From positions 1 through 19,261 of the forward strand of contig JBBQPO010000099.1 in the NCBI GenBank assembly GCA_038217285.1: 19,261 nucleotides of DNA, read 5' to 3'. Both the position numbers and the translations under genes were made by a program. A model generated the notes under the pieces. It was not told where the DNA came from. It searched no databases and worked only from the letters and a program-made list of their open reading frames with translations. Each line of letters starts with the position of its first letter. Position 1 is the first letter of the stretch. Source of the DNA: Chthonomonadales bacterium (lineage in GTDB: Bacteria; Armatimonadota; Chthonomonadetes; Chthonomonadales; Chthonomonadaceae). Below are positions 15,532-19,261 of the stretch, one piece after another.

Positions 15532-16167
15532 ATGAAACTCGATTTTCCAACGATACTGACTTCACCCGCCGAGACCTATGCGGAGGGACTGCGATTCTTT
15601 CGGGGGGAAGGTATGGTCCAGGACACACTGCGTCGTCTGGTCTCCGATCTGGAGGCGCACCACATCGAATACAGTGTCATTGGGGCGGTAGCGCTCAATC
15701 AACATGGCTATCGGCGGTTTACCGAAGATATCAATCTGCTGTTAACGCCGGAAGGATTGGAAAAGTTTAGGAACGAACTCGTGAGGCGTGGTTACCGCCC
15801 AGCCTTCAACGGGGCGACGAGGAAGTTTCGCGAGATCACGCAGAACGTCCCTATCGAGATCATTACGAGTGGCGAGTATCCGGGCGACGGTAAACCGAAA
15901 TCTGTGCGATTTCATCACCCTGGCGAGCACCACGTCGTGATCGATGGCATCAAGACGGTAGACCTTGCCCGACTGGTGGAGTTGAAACTGGCGTCCGGTA
16001 TGACCGGACTGGCGCGGTTGAAAGATCTGGCCGATGTCCAGGAGTTAATTCGCGCCCGGCAACTAGACGCTGAGTTTGCCGACCAACTGGATACACTTGT
16101 GGCCGATAAATTTCGCGAACTCTATGCGGAAGTCACGGCGGCGCGAGAGCAGGAAGAGCGGGAGTAG
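15532..16167 (+). CDS. Nucleotidyltransferase-fold protein (AbiEii/DUF6036-like)
   Basis: Motifs YSVIGAVAL..HG..RFTEDIN, LVELKL and R.KDLADV. Start probably ATG 15532 after AAGGTGAGG. Confidence 0.75.
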   Translation: MKLDFPTILTSPAETYAEGLRFFRGEGMVQDTLRRLVSDLEAHHIEYSVIGAVALNQHGYRRFTEDINLLLTPEGLEKFRNELVRRGYRPAFNGATRKFREITQNVPIEIITSGEYPGDGKPKSVRFHHPGEHHVVIDGIKTVDLARLVELKLASGMTGLARLKDLADVQELIRARQLDAEFADQLDTLVADKFRELYAEVTAAREQEERE

Positions 16168-16204
16168 CCGTGGGCCAGCACTGGAACGGAAAGAAGGAGA
16201 GAAT

Positions 16205-16996
16205 ATGACACGCTTGCAGGAGAGAGTGGCGATTGTGACCGGAGCGGCGCAGGGACTGGGCGAGGCCATTGCGCGGCGGCTGGCGGCAGAAGGCTGCAAG
16301 GGAGTCGCTATCGTCGATATCAACGCCGAGAAGGCGCTGGCGACAGCGGAGGCGCTGACGCGCGAAACAGGGGTGGCGATGGTCGGCATTCAGGCGAATG
16401 TGGCGAGCGAGGCCGACTGCGCGGCGATGGTGGAGCGCACGGTGGAGACGTTCGGCACGGTCGATATTCTGGTCGCCAACGCGGGCATTCTCAAGGCGCA
16501 CGACATCACCGAGTTTCCGGCGAACGAGTGGAGGGCCGTGATCGAGGTCAATCTGATCGGCTACTTCTTGTGCGCGCAGGCGGTGGCACGGGTCATGGTG
16601 GCGCAGAAGCGCGGCAGCATCGTGCAGATCAACTCGAAATCCGGCAAGAAGGGCAGCTTTCGCAACAGCGCCTATGCTGCCAGTAAGTTCGGCGGCATCG
16701 GCCTGACGCAGAGCATCGCCCTCGATCTGGCGCCCCACGGGGTGCGCGTCAATGCCATCTGCCCCGGCAACCTGCTGGACGGCACACTCTGGCAGCAGAG
16801 CCTCTATGAGCAGTACGCCCGGACACAGGGGATCACCGCCGAAGAGGTGCGGCGCAAATACGAGTCGCAGGTCCCCCTGGGCCGAGGCTGCACGTATGAG
16901 GATGTCAGCAATGTGGTGATTTTTTTGGCCTCCGACGAGTCGAGTTATATGACCGGGCAGGCGATCAACGTCACCGGTGGGCAGGAGATGCGCTGA
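16205..16996 (+). CDS. srlD: Sorbitol-6-phosphate 2-dehydrogenase-like SDR
   Basis: Motifs TGAAQGLG, VANAG, INSKSGKKGS.RNSAYAASKFGG, CPGNLL, VPLGRGC and TGQAINVTGG. AAGGAGA RBS before ATG 16205. Confidence 0.82.
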   Translation: MTRLQERVAIVTGAAQGLGEAIARRLAAEGCKGVAIVDINAEKALATAEALTRETGVAMVGIQANVASEADCAAMVERTVETFGTVDILVANAGILKAHDITEFPANEWRAVIEVNLIGYFLCAQAVARVMVAQKRGSIVQINSKSGKKGSFRNSAYAASKFGGIGLTQSIALDLAPHGVRVNAICPGNLLDGTLWQQSLYEQYARTQGITAEEVRRKYESQVPLGRGCTYEDVSNVVIFLASDESSYMTGQAINVTGGQEMR

Positions 16997-17130
16997 CCGC
17001 CTGGGGGCTTCTGATGGGAATAGACCCTCCCACGCCTTGGGAACTTTCCTCCGGGCCACAGCATACAAGAGAGTAGCAGAACCCAGTACTGCCGTAGCGA
17101 TCGTTCCCCCCGATCTGTTAACTTCCCCCC

Positions 17131-17165
17131 GTCGCGTTGCGTATGCCTGTCATACGCAGCGCGAC
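17131..17165 (+). terminator. 15-bp stem-loop in the srlD-subtilase intergenic region (terminator or leader structure)
   Basis: gtcgcgttgcgtatg-cctgt-catacgcagcgcgac with one G-U pair, followed by agtgctttct (no strong U tract). Confidence 0.45.
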
Positions 17166-17208
17166 AGTGCTTTCTGCTATCTCATCCGACTGCCGAGGAG
17201 TTACACCA

Positions 17209-19261
17209 TTGCGATTTTACATAGAAGTTCGATCCCTGTCGTTTCGAAAGGCCTGTAGAGACCTGCTGGTGGGGGGCCTGGCAGTACTCTGTTGCGGCCT
17301 GGGGTCACTGTCCGCCTCTGCTGCTGCAGCGGCCCAATATCGTGCAAACGAAGTTTTGATCTCTGTGGCTCCGGAGAGCGACGGTCCGGCAGCAGCGCGC
17401 AAGCTGGCCGCCTATGGCACAGTTTTGCGTTACATACCGGATCTGCATCTCTATCGTGTCCAGTTGGCGGCGACACGGGCGGCGGGAGATCCGGTCGTCG
17501 CGATGGTCCCGAAAATGAAGGGTCTGCCTGGGGTACGCTCGGCCGAGCCGAACTATATACGCCACCTCTTCTCGACACCGAGCGACTCGTACTATAACCT
17601 CCAATATGGCCCCAAAAAGGTACAGGCCGATCTCGGGTGGGGGATATGGAAACCGAAACAGCAGGTCATTATCGCCATCGTAGACACGGGCGTGGACAGC
17701 AACCATCCCGACCTGACCAATAAGATTTTGCGTGACGCCAACGGCGTCGTCGGCTACGATGCGACGGCCGGTCTGCGGGATACAGCGCTCGACGTCTATG
17801 GGCATGGAACGCATGTCGCGGGTATCGCCGCCGCGCAGACCAACAACGGCACGGGAGTAGCGGGCATCGCGGGCTGGAATGGGCAGGCAGGCAACTCCGA
17901 CACCCATTTCATCAAGATCATGCCTGTTCGTGTGCTTGGCAGCGATGGCAGTGGGGACGATGCCACAATTGCCGATGGCGTGACCTGGGCCGTCGATCAC
18001 GGGGCGAAGGTGATCAATATGAGCCTGGGGAGCACCGGCTACACCGATGTCTTGAACAACGCCTGTCAGTACGCCTGGGGCAAAGGCTGTATCATCTGCG
18101 CGGCGGCAGGCAACGACGGCGTCTCCGCCATCAACTATCCTGCAGCCGACAACAACGTGCTTGCCGTCGCCGCGACCGATAGAAACGACCAGTTGGCCAG
18201 CTACACCAATTATGGCTCCTGGGTGCAGGTAGCGGCTCCCGGCGGTGGGAATACCGACACCGATCAAATCTACTCCACCATGCCGACGTACAATACCAAT
18301 ATCTCAGGGTTCACGTATACGCTGAACTACGACTACTTGTCGGGCACCTCGATGGCGACTCCGTTCGTAGCTGGGGAGGCGGCGCTGATCATGGCGCAAA
18401 ACCCCTCCCTGACCAACACACAGGTCTACAACCTGATCATCAATAACGTAGACACCTACAGTCCCTACCTTGGTGAAACGCTTGCTACCGGCGCAGGCCG
18501 GATCAATGTCTACAAGGCGTTGCAGGCCGCAGGCAGCGGCCCCGCGACGCTGACGCCGCCGCTCTCCGGCATCTTCTTCCAGAATGTACAGAGCGGGCAG
18601 CTCGCTCTCTGGTCCATGAGCGGCCAGACCGTGACCGGCGGTCAGGCGATCAACTATACGCCCGCACCGAACTGGAAGCTGGTCGCGGAAGCGGATATGA
18701 ATGCCGATGGCCAGACCGACCTGATCTTCCAGAACGCCCTGTCCGGCCAGATCGCGGTCTGGTATATGAATGGGGCCACCATCATTGGTAGCGCGCTGGT
18801 GTCGCAGTCTCCTGGAGCGAACTGGCAGGTGGCCGGTGCCGGAGACTTCAATGGAGACGGACAGGTCGATCTGATGTTTCAAAACTCGCAGACGCATCAG
18901 GTGGCCGTCTGGTTCTTGAACGGCACGACATTGATCGGAGGCGGCCTCGTCAACGCCGCTCCTGCCGCAGGCTGGAATGTGGTTGGTGTGGCGGACATTA
19001 TGGGGGGCGGGCGGCGCGATGTGGTGTTCCAGAACGTTCAGAGCGGACAGATCGCCTGTTGGACCGTGAGTGGCCAGACAGTCATTGCGGCGAGTACCTT
19101 GCCGAATATCCCTGGTGCGAACTATCGTGTGATCGGTCTGACCGACCTGAACGGAGACAACAACCCCGACCTCGTGTTCCAGAACACGCAGACCGGACAG
19201 ATCGCCGTCTGGTATCTGAACGGATTTCTGTTCCAGGGTGGCGGCCTTGCTTCGCTGACGC
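17209..19261 (+). CDS. Secreted S8 subtilisin-like serine protease with C-terminal FG-GAP/VCBS-like repeats (3' partial)
   Basis: Frame 1 is open from TTG 17209 (GAGGAG RBS) to the window end. It has a signal peptide, a pro-domain (AEPNY), triad IAIVDTG (D 17683), GHGTHVAG (H 17803) and GTSMATP (S 18349), and oxyanion AAAGN. Confidence 0.93.
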   Translation, partial: MRFYIEVRSLSFRKACRDLLVGGLAVLCCGLGSLSASAAAAAQYRANEVLISVAPESDGPAAARKLAAYGTVLRYIPDLHLYRVQLAATRAAGDPVVAMVPKMKGLPGVRSAEPNYIRHLFSTPSDSYYNLQYGPKKVQADLGWGIWKPKQQVIIAIVDTGVDSNHPDLTNKILRDANGVVGYDATAGLRDTALDVYGHGTHVAGIAAAQTNNGTGVAGIAGWNGQAGNSDTHFIKIMPVRVLGSDGSGDDATIADGVTWAVDHGAKVINMSLGSTGYTDVLNNACQYAWGKGCIICAAAGNDGVSAINYPAADNNVLAVAATDRNDQLASYTNYGSWVQVAAPGGGNTDTDQIYSTMPTYNTNISGFTYTLNYDYLSGTSMATPFVAGEAALIMAQNPSLTNTQVYNLIINNVDTYSPYLGETLATGAGRINVYKALQAAGSGPATLTPPLSGIFFQNVQSGQLALWSMSGQTVTGGQAINYTPAPNWKLVAEADMNADGQTDLIFQNALSGQIAVWYMNGATIIGSALVSQSPGANWQVAGAGDFNGDGQVDLMFQNSQTHQVAVWFLNGTTLIGGGLVNAAPAAGWNVVGVADIMGGGRRDVVFQNVQSGQIACWTVSGQTVIAASTLPNIPGANYRVIGLTDLNGDNNPDLVFQNTQTGQIAVWYLNGFLFQGGGLASLT
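18568..19261 (+). repeat. Coding tandem repeat, 150-nt (50-aa) period, at least 4.5 units (beta-propeller blades)
   Basis: FQN codons at 18577, 18727, 18877, 19027 and 19177. Unit consensus D[L/V].FQN..[S/T]GQ[I/V]A.W...G......W..[V]..[A/G]D.N.DG. Confidence 0.9.

Noticed and set aside
18568-19261. CRISPR array or DGR-type repeat
   Set aside because: The repeats are degenerate, in-frame 150-nt coding units with no identical short repeats or spacers. No cas or reverse transcriptase gene is in the window.

Overview
High-GC bacterial window. The gene style and paralog family suggest Armatimonadota, which is an inference. Five blocks, left to right. (1) 1-2290: a visibly more AT-rich accessory segment abutting the 3' end of tRNA-Sec. 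It holds a probable IS3-type end, an orphan C-terminal remnant of a restriction-modification methyltransferase, and a translationally coupled pair of a SAMHD1/YwfO-like HD phosphohydrolase and a YwgA/SocA-like protein (candidate defence or toxin-antitoxin module). (2) 2293-8089, minus strand: a selenocysteine cluster of selA (apparently leaderless, with a clean sigma70 promoter), two tandem paralogous membrane-anchored helical-repeat proteins, selD (in-frame TGA = Sec, so the ORF track truncates it), a small membrane protein and selC. selB is not in the window. (3) 8142-11686, minus: a secreted GH-like protein coupled to a GH144/glycoamylase-family gene. (4) 11886-16996, plus: a polyol/ketose-phosphate cluster (class II aldolase, Zn-dehydrogenase with a duplicated Rossmann domain, SrlD-like SDR), interrupted by a third helical-repeat paralog and a nucleotidyltransferase-fold gene. 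(5) 17209-end: a secreted subtilase with 50-aa FG-GAP-like repeats, absent from the ORF track because it runs off the window.
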